A program made the translations under genes and the position numbers. The notes under the pieces are model-generated. The model was not told the DNA's origin. It made no database searches and worked only from the letters and a program-made list of their open reading frames with translations. Source: Candidatus Microgenomates bacterium (GTDB taxonomy: Bacteria > Patescibacteriota > Microgenomatia > Daviesbacterales > UBA10151). Taken from it: 62,628 nucleotides of DNA. The stretch's first letter is position 1. Each line of letters opens with the position of its first letter. The stretch lies in the NCBI GenBank assembly GCA_016182045.1, contig JACOYE010000013.1, positions 1-62,628 on the forward strand, written 5' to 3'. Of this stretch, positions 35,524-44,417 are shown one piece after another.

Positions 35524-36494
35524 GTAAACCGCTAGTTTCTGTAATAATTCCAAATTGGAATGGAGTGGAATTATTAAAATTGAGTCTGCCATCTCTTGAG
35601 AAACAATCCTTTAAGAGTTTGGAAATCATTATTGTTGATAATGGTTCAACAGATAACTCTATAAAATATATAAATGATACTTTTCCGAAAGTGAAAGTTA
35701 TTAAGCTGGAGAGAAATTATGGTTTTGCCAAGGCTGTCAATATTGGAATAAAGAAAACAAACGGCAAATATATAATATTTTTAAACAATGACACAGAAAT
35801 AGATAAAAGTTGTATTCAATATCTGGTGCAAGCTGTTCTTAGGAAAAGTAATGTTGGTTTTATTCAGGCAAAAAGTCTGAATTTTAAAAAAAGAAATATC
35901 ATCGATAATGCCTCGGATACAATTGATGCTGTCGGTCATTTGAAAACATATGGTTTAGGAGAGAATGATGGTCCTAAATTTAGATCAGCCGGGTATATTT
36001 TTTTAGCATCAGGAAACGGCACTCTTTTTAAAAGAGAAGTCTTTGATCAGGTGGGTCTTTTTGATGAGGATTATTTTTTCTATATGGAGGATGCGGATTT
36101 CTGTTTACGGGCCCAACTTAAAGGATTTAAGGGTTGGTTTGAGCCAAAGGCAAAAATTTATCATTTAAGAGGAGCAACTTCCTCAAAAAATCCCCAATTT
36201 TTTGACTGTCAGGTTTTTCGCAATATGACCATGACAATAATTAAAGATTTTCCCAATAAATTATTACTGAAAGATTTTAACTTGCTAAAAATTATTTTGG
36301 TCCACTTAAATACAATTAAATATTTATTTTCTAAAGGTTATTTTTTCTCTGTTCTAAAATCTGAATGGGATATAGTTAGGAGTTTAGGAAAACTTCTTAA
36401 AAAAAGGAAGGAAATTCAGTCGAGTAAGATAGTGGATGATCAATATATAATTGAAAATATTGCCCCCAAAAATTTTTTACCTAAATTATATTGA
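35520..36494 (+). CDS. GT2 family glycosyltransferase
   Basis: IPNWNG, VDNGSTD, NYGFAKAVN, LNNDT, YMEDADF. Confidence 0.92.
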   Translation: MSKPLVSVIIPNWNGVELLKLSLPSLEKQSFKSLEIIIVDNGSTDNSIKYINDTFPKVKVIKLERNYGFAKAVNIGIKKTNGKYIIFLNNDTEIDKSCIQYLVQAVLRKSNVGFIQAKSLNFKKRNIIDNASDTIDAVGHLKTYGLGENDGPKFRSAGYIFLASGNGTLFKREVFDQVGLFDEDYFFYMEDADFCLRAQLKGFKGWFEPKAKIYHLRGATSSKNPQFFDCQVFRNMTMTIIKDFPNKLLLKDFNLLKIILVHLNTIKYLFSKGYFFSVLKSEWDIVRSLGKLLKKRKEIQSSKIVDDQYIIENIAPKNFLPKLY

Positions 36495-36509
36495 TGGTTA
36501 TTGAGTGAG

Positions 36510-37238
36510 CTAAGGAGTGAAGATGACCCTTCTGACAATCTCAGATGAATTTGAGGCTTGATCGATGGCTTTTATAGTAAAAATATTCTCACCGTCATTT
36601 AACGATTGATCGGTTGAGAAATTACCGTCTTTATCCACAATTACCCTGCTGTCATTGATGAAAACTTTTGCTTCCGCCTCAGTTTTACCTGTCAATTTTA
36701 ATCTTCTCTCCCCTGAAATTTGTTTACCATCTTCAGGTTCTGTCACTTCCAGAAGAGGTTTTTCATTATCAAAAATGATTTTGATGGTTTTAGATGATAA
36801 ACTTTCTTTCCCCTTCTCATCAACGGTCTTTCCCCAGATGTTGTTTGTCCCTAAAGCCAGTTCGACATTTTCTATCAGAAAACTGCCATCAGATTGGGCA
36901 TTGACTTCCTTTGTTGATCCCTCATCCAAGTAAAGCCTGACTAGAATGTTTGGAGAGGCGTAACCTTGGATATTGATCTGGGGACTGTTGGTTGCCTCAT
37001 AGGGAATATTGAAAACTGGGGGAGCTAAGCTAGCGTTTTCAGAAGATTCTAAGACAAGTTTTGCGGGAGGTTTCACCAGGCTGTTGATATAACCTAAAGC
37101 ATTTATAAAAAATGGTAATATCCAGCTGATAGTGGCGTAGATTAAGAAAATTACCAGAATTAGAGTGAGGATAAAGTTTCTTTTGCTTTTTCTGGCAAGC
37201 TTGCGGGTTGATCTCCTAGAACGGTATCTGTAGGCCAT
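36510..37238 (-). CDS. Membrane-anchored protein with two bacterial Ig-like domains
   Basis: Basic N-terminus, TM, then repeats with G.N.I..KA.D..GN patterns. Confidence 0.8.
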   Translation of the reverse strand: MAYRYRSRRSTRKLARKSKRNFILTLILVIFLIYATISWILPFFINALGYINSLVKPPAKLVLESSENASLAPPVFNIPYEATNSPQINIQGYASPNILVRLYLDEGSTKEVNAQSDGSFLIENVELALGTNNIWGKTVDEKGKESLSSKTIKIIFDNEKPLLEVTEPEDGKQISGERRLKLTGKTEAEAKVFINDSRVIVDKDGNFSTDQSLNDGENIFTIKAIDQASNSSEIVRRVIFTP

Positions 37239-37281
37239 AATTTTAGTATAACATTAAAAATTTGGTAAAATACCTTGGATT

Positions 37282-37352
37282 GCGGGATTAGTACACCGGT
37301 AGTATGCCACCTTCCCAAGGTGGAGAAGCCAGTTCGATTCTGGTATCCCGCT
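37282..37352 (+). tRNA. tRNA-Gly(CCC)
   Basis: GCGGGAT/ATCCCGC acceptor, loop TT-CCC-AA, TTCGATT T-loop. Confidence 0.95.
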
Positions 37353-37370
37353 CACCACGTCTGACTTAGC

Positions 37371-39863
37371 TCACAACTTTTCCAAAGCATCATGCATTTG
37401 CTTTGTGGATTCTTCATATGGGGCATCTTTAGCAAATGTTAAGGGTTTGCCAACTTTAATCCAGATCCTTTTTCTTTTTTTGGGTAGATTTTCGATAAAC
37501 TTTCCCTCCATAGATGGGAAAATCTCCATATATTTGGGATCAATTTTTATAGGGACAACCGGGACTTGGCATTCTGTTGCCAAGAGGCCAATACCAGGTT
37601 TAAATTCCAAAAGGCTACCATCCTCTGAAAAGGTTCCTTCGGGAGCCATCAGAATGGAAAATCCTCTATCTAAAAATTCACCTGTTAACTCTAAGGATGC
37701 TTTGACTTTTTCTTCTTTATCAAAAGGAAAAGCGGCGCCAAAGATTTCTATAAAAAAGCGGCGCCACTCTTTCCAAAGATCAGCACTTACCACAATGACC
37801 AGTCTTTCCCTTATCTTTTGTGGTAACACCCGTAACACACACAATCCGTCCATAACGGCGATGTGATTAAAATAAAAAATTGCGGGAAGTTTTAAATCTT
37901 TTAAGTTTTCCTTACCCGATACTTCTATAGGAACAAAGATGTTATGGAGCGGGAATACCAGAAGTTTTTGCAGCAATGTTCGGATTATCATTGTTTGAGA
38001 AGCATAGAGAAATTCATTTATGGGAATTTCCTCAATAGTTTCAGGCGCATCTTTAATTAATCGCCTAAGATCTTTTAAAGAAGTTTGCGGGCTAATTTTT
38101 ATCTCAGAAATTGCCACTGCAAATTTTTGTTCAATTGAAGACAAAAGTTCCACTCTGCCCAAGGAGTCAATTTTAAGGTCGGTGCCTAAGGTAGACGTTT
38201 CTTTTATTTTTGAAGAAGAGATATGGGTGATTTGGGAAATTATGGAAATCAGCTGGTCTTGTGATTTAACCTCTTCTGATCTCTTGTCGCCTTTATGGCT
38301 TCTCGAAGAGACGGCCAGCGTCACTTTTTTTCTATCAATTTTTAAGATCGGAGTTCTTGGGAAATCTTCACCTTGCCATATACTCCATTCCAAAATTTGC
38401 TCATGGGAAGCAAGTTTTTGATTGATATCGCGGATGATTGTATCAAGTTTACTGGGATATTTGGTAATGATTGCAGCATGAACTGTCTCGCCTTCTTCTC
38501 GTTTTACACCAATAACACAAGATTCTGAAACCAAAGGATGAGCATTTAATTTTTTCTCCAAATCCTCTGGATAAACTTTTCTTCCATCAGGTAGGACAAT
38601 TCTGAAAGCCTCACGGCCCGTGATGTATAAATAGCCATTCTTATCAAGCTTCCCAACATCGCCTGTTCGGTACCAGCCATCGCAAAAGGCTGCTTTGGTT
38701 TTTTCCTCATCCTCAAAATAGCCGAGAGAAATGTTAGGACCATGTGCTTCAATCTCATGAGTTTCTGGATTTATCCGGACTTCCATCTTTGGTAGGATTT
38801 TACCCACAGACCCCAAGTGCCTGGCGGATGGAGTATTGATTGTTAAAGCCGCCGTTGTCTCGGTCGCCCCATATCCTTCAAAAATCTCAACTCCCAATGC
38901 CTCCCATTTTTGGGCCAGTTTTAGATCAAGGGGAGCAGAACCAGAGCCAAAAAACTTTAACTTTCCACCCAAATTTTGGTGAATCTTTGAAAAAAGAAGA
39001 CGCCTTAGAAAGACGGGTAAGATTGGTGCGATACGGTTTGCCATTTGAAACTGTGCTGTTTTGCCATCTTCAGCCACTCGCCGCTCGATTCCATTCATCA
39101 ACAGTCGAAGGACTTGCGGTACCAGAGCAACAGAGGTGATTTTGCTTTTGCGCATGGTCTTCAGAATAGTCAAAGTATTGATCCTTTCAAGATAGGTTAC
39201 TGTAATGCCGGATTGGAATGGTGCCAAAAAATCAACCACTTGCTCAAAAGCATGGGATAAAGGTAATAAAGATAAGGCATGCCACTCTTTTTTAAATGGG
39301 AAAGCTTTTGTGAGCGCTTCAACATCGGATAAGAAATTGCCATGAGTTAACATTACTCCTTTGGGAGTACCTGTGGTACCAGAAGTAAAAGCAATTTCTG
39401 CCAAATCATTTTGGTAGGTAGCTGGTAGTGGGTAGTGGATAGTGGGTAGTAAATGAACAAGGTCGACCAGATCTTCTAAACGAAAACTTTCTTTAACTAA
39501 TCTTCCGAAACTACCAGGGATAAATTTTCCCTTAAAACCTATCTGACATTTAGCCTTTTCCAAAAAGATTTTGAGTGTTTCTTCTGTAGTGCGGATATCA
39601 ATAGGGACTGCAACAGCCCCCATAAGCCATATACCAAAGTACAAAATAGGGTACTCGGGCATATTTGGGGCCCAAATAACCACTTTATCTCCCTTTTTAA
39701 GACCCTTTTGCTGTAAAAATGTGGCTGTTTTGAGTGAGAGTAGATAGATATCCTCAAAACTAAATCTTTGTGTTCTCAAACCACGTTTAATCTGATAGGC
39801 AATTCTATCTTGATATTTTTGCGAATTTTCCTTTAAAAACTCACCAAGATTTTGCATTTTCAT
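37371..39863 (-). CDS. Acyl-AMP ligase + acyl carrier + PlsC-type acyltransferase fusion (Aas-like, reversed domain order)
   Basis: FTSGTTGTPKG, GYGATE and YRTGD (ANL). IDSLGRVEL (ACP Ser). FNHIAVMD and PEGT (acyltransferase). Confidence 0.9.
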   Translation of the reverse strand: MKMQNLGEFLKENSQKYQDRIAYQIKRGLRTQRFSFEDIYLLSLKTATFLQQKGLKKGDKVVIWAPNMPEYPILYFGIWLMGAVAVPIDIRTTEETLKIFLEKAKCQIGFKGKFIPGSFGRLVKESFRLEDLVDLVHLLPTIHYPLPATYQNDLAEIAFTSGTTGTPKGVMLTHGNFLSDVEALTKAFPFKKEWHALSLLPLSHAFEQVVDFLAPFQSGITVTYLERINTLTILKTMRKSKITSVALVPQVLRLLMNGIERRVAEDGKTAQFQMANRIAPILPVFLRRLLFSKIHQNLGGKLKFFGSGSAPLDLKLAQKWEALGVEIFEGYGATETTAALTINTPSARHLGSVGKILPKMEVRINPETHEIEAHGPNISLGYFEDEEKTKAAFCDGWYRTGDVGKLDKNGYLYITGREAFRIVLPDGRKVYPEDLEKKLNAHPLVSESCVIGVKREEGETVHAAIITKYPSKLDTIIRDINQKLASHEQILEWSIWQGEDFPRTPILKIDRKKVTLAVSSRSHKGDKRSEEVKSQDQLISIISQITHISSSKIKETSTLGTDLKIDSLGRVELLSSIEQKFAVAISEIKISPQTSLKDLRRLIKDAPETIEEIPINEFLYASQTMIIRTLLQKLLVFPLHNIFVPIEVSGKENLKDLKLPAIFYFNHIAVMDGLCVLRVLPQKIRERLVIVVSADLWKEWRRFFIEIFGAAFPFDKEEKVKASLELTGEFLDRGFSILMAPEGTFSEDGSLLEFKPGIGLLATECQVPVVPIKIDPKYMEIFPSMEGKFIENLPKKRKRIWIKVGKPLTFAKDAPYEESTKQMHDALEKL
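39423..39450 (-). repeat. Heptamer array (TAGTGGG-like x4) inside the ligase CDS
   Basis: TGGTAGTGGGTAGTGGATAGTGGGTAGT, encoding LPTIHYPLP. Confidence 0.7.
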
Positions 39864-41167
39864 TTTAGCTCATCTGATAATTTATAGCCCTTGATGAAAA
39901 TTAAGAATCCAATGAGGGTGGCAAAACCTGCAATTGGTCCAATCAGACGAATGCCTAATGAATGAGTAGTGGTGGCTCCGAAGAGTGATAGAGAGGTGCC
40001 AAATATTAAACTTGATAAAGCAAAGGAAAATTTTTGCAAGGTATTTTGCATGCCATAATATATGGCTTCACGTCTAAGTCCTGTTTTTGTTTCGTCATAA
40101 TCTATCACATCCGCCAAAATGGCATTAGGGAAAACAAATTGGCCGGCAAGAGCTATTCCAATTAGAGCTACCAAAATAAATGTTTGAATAATCGGGGTGG
40201 TTAGGGGAATAAGTCCTACAAAAGCAAGCAGTGGAAAAAGCAGGGAAAGGGTAAACATGGAGCGGGAATAGGCCCATTTTTTACCATAGATTTTTGCCAA
40301 AAGATTGTGAGCTGGTAAAGAGATGACCATGCTGGTTAAGAGTATGCCCATAAACAGCGCCACCCATCCTTCAGAAAGATTAAGAACGATTGTGGTATAA
40401 AAGGGTACCAAAGCGGTTAAAAGATTAAGACCCAAAGAGAAAAGGATAAAAGCAAAAGAGAATACTAAAAATTGTTTGTTTCTTAAGGTAGCAATTAATG
40501 CCTGATAAAGATTTAAATTTTTGACAATTTTCCGCTCGAGGAGAATTTTGTCAATTTTCTTCCTGATTCCCAAAATGGCAATCCAAAAGGCAATAAGTCC
40601 GATAATTCCCAAACTTGCGCCCATTGCCAAAAAACCAAACCGCTGGATTAACAGAGCGGATCCAACAAGACCTATCCCAGCCCCAATTACCCCGAAGAGC
40701 ACTCTCCATGCAGAGGTTGAGACCCGATCTTTGGATGTTTTAGCAATCTCTGGCAAAATGCCCTCATAAGGTGCGGATACTATGGTATAAGTTAAGAAGA
40801 AAAACTGTAGGACAATGAAAAAATAAATGGCATTTATGGTGGTCTGATTTGGGGTTGGAGAAAGCCACAACAGAAAAAAACTTAAAGCTAAAAAGGGTGC
40901 CCCCAAAAATATATAAGGGAATCTTCTGCCCCAGCGGGATTTTGTTCTATCAGATAAATGACCAATTAAAGGATCATCAAAAGCTTCAATAAATCTACCG
41001 ATACCCAAAAGAACTCCTAAAAGGCCCAGTGGAATTAACGCCTTATTTGGATCACCCCTGCCTGCCCAAAAGAAGATCAACCAAGCAGTTAGGGCCTGAA
41101 AAGTGACATTTTCCCCCAAGCCACCTATGGCAAAAATTATTTGATCTTTAACTGGTAGACTTTTCAT
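39860..41167 (-). CDS. MFS transporter, GPH/MelB (MFS_2) family
   Basis: EAFDDPLIGHLSDRTKSRWGRRFPYI and ADVIDYDETKTGLRREAIYYG. About 12 TM segments. Confidence 0.92.
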   Translation of the reverse strand: MKSLPVKDQIIFAIGGLGENVTFQALTAWLIFFWAGRGDPNKALIPLGLLGVLLGIGRFIEAFDDPLIGHLSDRTKSRWGRRFPYIFLGAPFLALSFFLLWLSPTPNQTTINAIYFFIVLQFFFLTYTIVSAPYEGILPEIAKTSKDRVSTSAWRVLFGVIGAGIGLVGSALLIQRFGFLAMGASLGIIGLIAFWIAILGIRKKIDKILLERKIVKNLNLYQALIATLRNKQFLVFSFAFILFSLGLNLLTALVPFYTTIVLNLSEGWVALFMGILLTSMVISLPAHNLLAKIYGKKWAYSRSMFTLSLLFPLLAFVGLIPLTTPIIQTFILVALIGIALAGQFVFPNAILADVIDYDETKTGLRREAIYYGMQNTLQKFSFALSSLIFGTSLSLFGATTTHSLGIRLIGPIAGFATLIGFLIFIKGYKLSDELK

Positions 41168-41522
41168 CTAATATGGCCACAAATTGGGCAATAACATAAT
41201 TGCCGTCGTGAGAAATGGATAGGGAAGAATTGAAAATTGAAAATTGCCCGCTTCGCCGCGAGGCGAGAAAATTGAAAATTTTAGCTTGGGGTGCACCATC
41301 TGGTTGGTGGGTAATCTGAATATTATGCCATGAGTTTGGAGGGAGGGATAAGGCTTTTATTGCTGCTTCCTTAGCTGCGAAAATTCCAGCCAGATGCTCA
41401 AGTTGTTGATTTTCCAGTTCTTTTGCCAGGAAAACTCTTCTTAAAAAATTTTCTCCGCCATTTTTGAGAGCATTTTTAAATCGTGGTAGATATATCAGAT
41501 CAACTCCTGTTAATATTTTCAT
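41148..41522 (-). CDS. acpS: Holo-ACP synthase
   Basis: GVDL, LAGIFAAKEAAIKAL, GAP, SISHDGNYVIA. Confidence 0.92.
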   Translation of the reverse strand: MKILTGVDLIYLPRFKNALKNGGENFLRRVFLAKELENQQLEHLAGIFAAKEAAIKALSLPPNSWHNIQITHQPDGAPQAKIFNFLASRRSGQFSIFNSSLSISHDGNYVIAQFVAILDEKSTS

Positions 41523-41563
41523 CTCCCTACATTATGCCATTTTGAGGTAAAATATGAAATCAG

Positions 41564-41634
41564 GCCGAAGTAGTTTAGTGGTAAAACATTACTTTCGTAA
41601 AGTAACATCGTGGGTTCAATTCCCACCTTCGGCT
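41564..41634 (+). tRNA. tRNA-Thr(CGT)
   Basis: GCCGAAG/CTTCGGC acceptor, loop TT-CGT-AA. Confidence 0.95.
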
Positions 41635-41662
41635 CACCACAATCAGTTTACATGATTGTGGC

Positions 41663-43462
41663 TCATCTGCTGGTCTCTATTAAGGCTTGTTTGGCAAGTT
41701 GGTTTTGGGGATCTTTGGAAAGCACTTGGGAAAAGACCTCCTTGGCTTTATTTTTATCCCCCATTGTTAAATAAACAATCCCCAAATTATTCCACAGGTT
41801 TAAATTTTTTTGATTAACAGAGAGAGCTTTTTGGATATTCTCAAGTGCTAAATCATATTTTTTCTGAGTAAAATAAATTGCGGCAATATTTTGATAAGAT
41901 TGCCAGAGATTAGGATTAAATTCGGTGGCCTTCTTATAATTTTCCAAAGCTCTTTCCTGATCATTTAGCTCCACATAGGTGTTGGCCAAATTATGATAAG
42001 CATCGGCGTAGTTTGGTTTTAACATAATGGCTGTTTGAAATTCCTGCAAGGCTTTTTGTTTATCACCCCATCGTCCGTAAACATCTCCCAAATTATTATG
42101 GGTATTGGGTGAGGAAGGTGAGGTTTTACCTGTGGCAATCCAAAGATTGTCCTCGTTTTTCCAATCAATATTTCTAATAATGGTTCTTACTGAAAGTACA
42201 ATTACGCAAACTACCACCAATATATAAATAAATGCTGACAATTGTTTTTTTAATCTAACTAAGAGGGATAATACTAGGGCAACTATGGTAAAAATGCCTA
42301 CGGAGGGAAGGTATAAATACCTTTCTGCCACAATCCAATTTAGTCTAAAGGGAGTCAAAGTAGGAGCTAGGCTAATTGAGAAAAACGACAGCCAGAAAAA
42401 GACAGATCTATTTTTTATGAAAGTTACCAGGAATGCCACAAATAATAGAATCGTTATCCCGGCTCTTATACTAAAGGAGGGGATAGAAAATTGCAGTTCA
42501 GAGTGATAGAGAGTTAAAGTTTTTGGCCAAAACAACAGTTCAAAATAAGAACTTATGGCTGTAGGTAATAATAAAAAGATATTATCCACCCCTCTTTCCT
42601 GATAATGGACGGATTGTAAGGTGCTGACACGACTGGGTAAGGAGATAAGGGAGAAAAAAAGGTAAAAAATAGTTATCACCAAATACGGTATAGTTTTTTT
42701 CCAGTTTTTTTTCAGATTACCAAATGATATTTCCCAAACAGGAAAAATTAGAAAAAGAGCCAAAGGCATTTGAGGGTGAGAGGCGAAGGTAAACAAAAAA
42801 AAGATAATGGAAAAGTAATAATATTTTCTTTTTCTATCTGAAAGAAGATAAAATAGTAAAGAGAGTAAAAAGAAAAAAGCATATTGAGTATATTGCCCAC
42901 CCGATATCCAAACTACAGCTTCTGCAATGGCTGGATGAACGGCAAAAAGAGCAGCTGCCGTAAATGCAACTAAAGATTTTTGATAAATTTTTCTGACTAT
43001 GAAAAATATTAATACTGCAGAGCCAAAATGGAATACGAAATTACCAAATCTGAAAAAGGCAGGATTTAAATCTCCAATATGAAAAGTAATCCAATAAATA
43101 ATATGCCTTATTGCACCGGTTGGGTAAGTACTGATGATATGTCCAAAATCACCAATTAGTGGGTTATTTTTAATCTCTGCGATATCATCTGAGACAAAGG
43201 CATTATTTAAGGCATTTGTGTAAGTTATGAGAATTAAAATAGCTAAAATTAATATATAAATCCAACTTTTCCAAGTCCATCTCTTAGTCCCTTCTGTTTC
43301 CCGAGAGTATGATAGTTTACTTGTTAATTTTTCTTCACCCCAGCGTTTTCTGATATATTCTGAAATAATTTTTTCATCAACCTTTAAATAGTTGGCCATC
43401 TCATAAAGGGATGAATCTCTGATATGTTTTTTGATATATTTTTTCTGGTCGTGGGAAAGCAT
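41663..43462 (-). CDS. TMTC-like GT-C membrane glycosyltransferase with C-terminal TPRs
   Basis: NAFVSDD luminal loop, ALFAVHPAIAEAV, AERYLYLPS, RNIDWKNE, and TPRs such as AHYNL-like DAYHNLA. Confidence 0.85.
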   Translation of the reverse strand: MLSHDQKKYIKKHIRDSSLYEMANYLKVDEKIISEYIRKRWGEEKLTSKLSYSRETEGTKRWTWKSWIYILILAILILITYTNALNNAFVSDDIAEIKNNPLIGDFGHIISTYPTGAIRHIIYWITFHIGDLNPAFFRFGNFVFHFGSAVLIFFIVRKIYQKSLVAFTAAALFAVHPAIAEAVVWISGGQYTQYAFFFLLSLLFYLLSDRKRKYYYFSIIFFLFTFASHPQMPLALFLIFPVWEISFGNLKKNWKKTIPYLVITIFYLFFSLISLPSRVSTLQSVHYQERGVDNIFLLLPTAISSYFELLFWPKTLTLYHSELQFSIPSFSIRAGITILLFVAFLVTFIKNRSVFFWLSFFSISLAPTLTPFRLNWIVAERYLYLPSVGIFTIVALVLSLLVRLKKQLSAFIYILVVVCVIVLSVRTIIRNIDWKNEDNLWIATGKTSPSSPNTHNNLGDVYGRWGDKQKALQEFQTAIMLKPNYADAYHNLANTYVELNDQERALENYKKATEFNPNLWQSYQNIAAIYFTQKKYDLALENIQKALSVNQKNLNLWNNLGIVYLTMGDKNKAKEVFSQVLSKDPQNQLAKQALIETSR

Positions 43463-43520
43463 AAACTGAATAATTTTATTCAGTAGTTAGATTTTATTCA
43501 AGAGTGGAATTATTTAGAAG

Positions 43521-44222
43521 TTAACGGGGAATGGTCAAGACCATACCTGGAAAGATTAGATCGGGATTGGTGATGTTGTTGGCTTTGGCAATTCTGTCAT
43601 AGGCATATATATCCTCATAGGCTCTGCCTGCTATTTTAGACAACCAGTCGCCTTCTACTACAGTATAAGTGGTACCGGTGATCTTAGGTCCCCAATCTTG
43701 TTGAGTAATTGTTATATCAGGTGCGCCTTTTGTTCCCGGAGCCGCATCAGAAGGCACTTTTTCGGGTTCCGCAGTCGGAGAGGGCTGGATTGTTGCCGCC
43801 TCTGTGGGAGAGGGTTGGGGAGTAGTTACACCTTCTAGCTTTGGTATCTGAAGAACTTGACCTACCTCTATCTGGTCGGGATTTGAGAGCTTATTTTCTT
43901 TGACAATTGCTTCATATTTGTAACCGTCGTTATAATATTTTTGGGCAATCAAAAATAAGGTATCGTCTTCTTTAACAGTATATTTGCCAGGCAGGTTTTC
44001 TACTGATACATCTTCCTGCTCTGTTTCAGTTTGTTGAGAAGGTCCAAGATCTGCTTGGTTTCTGTTAAAATAATTAAATACCAGTATCCCGATTACTAAA
44101 ACAATCAGAGCACCAAGGATTAAACTCAATCTGGATTGATTAGCTTGTACCTCTTTACTTACTCTATCAAGGTATGTTTCACCCTCCTCAGCTTTGTTTG
44201 TTTTTGCAGGTTGTCTGGCCAT
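43521..44222 (-). CDS. Membrane-anchored double-LysM protein
   Basis: YTVKEDDTLFLIA...NPDQIEVGQVLQIP and YTVVEGDWLSKIA...NPDLIFPGMVLTIP. P/S/T-rich linker. Confidence 0.95.
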   Translation of the reverse strand: MARQPAKTNKAEEGETYLDRVSKEVQANQSRLSLILGALIVLVIGILVFNYFNRNQADLGPSQQTETEQEDVSVENLPGKYTVKEDDTLFLIAQKYYNDGYKYEAIVKENKLSNPDQIEVGQVLQIPKLEGVTTPQPSPTEAATIQPSPTAEPEKVPSDAAPGTKGAPDITITQQDWGPKITGTTYTVVEGDWLSKIAGRAYEDIYAYDRIAKANNITNPDLIFPGMVLTIPR

Positions 44223-44337
44223 TTTTTTTGAGGCAGTTCGCGAATTAGCGTATCAGGAGCAGCAATTACAATGCTTTTTATCCTATAATGACACATTTGT
44301 CAAGAGGGTAAATAGTTTGTTACAATATGCTCAGTTT

Positions 44338-44413
44338 GGGGCCGTAGTGAACCGGTCATCACGTCTCCCTGTCACGGAGAAGATAGCGGGTTCGATTCCC
44401 GTCGGCCCCGCCA
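44338..44413 (+). tRNA. tRNA-Asp(GTC), CCA encoded
   Basis: GGGGCCG/CGGCCCC acceptor, loop CT-GTC-AC, G-CCA end. Confidence 0.96.
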
Positions 44414-44417
44414 CTAA

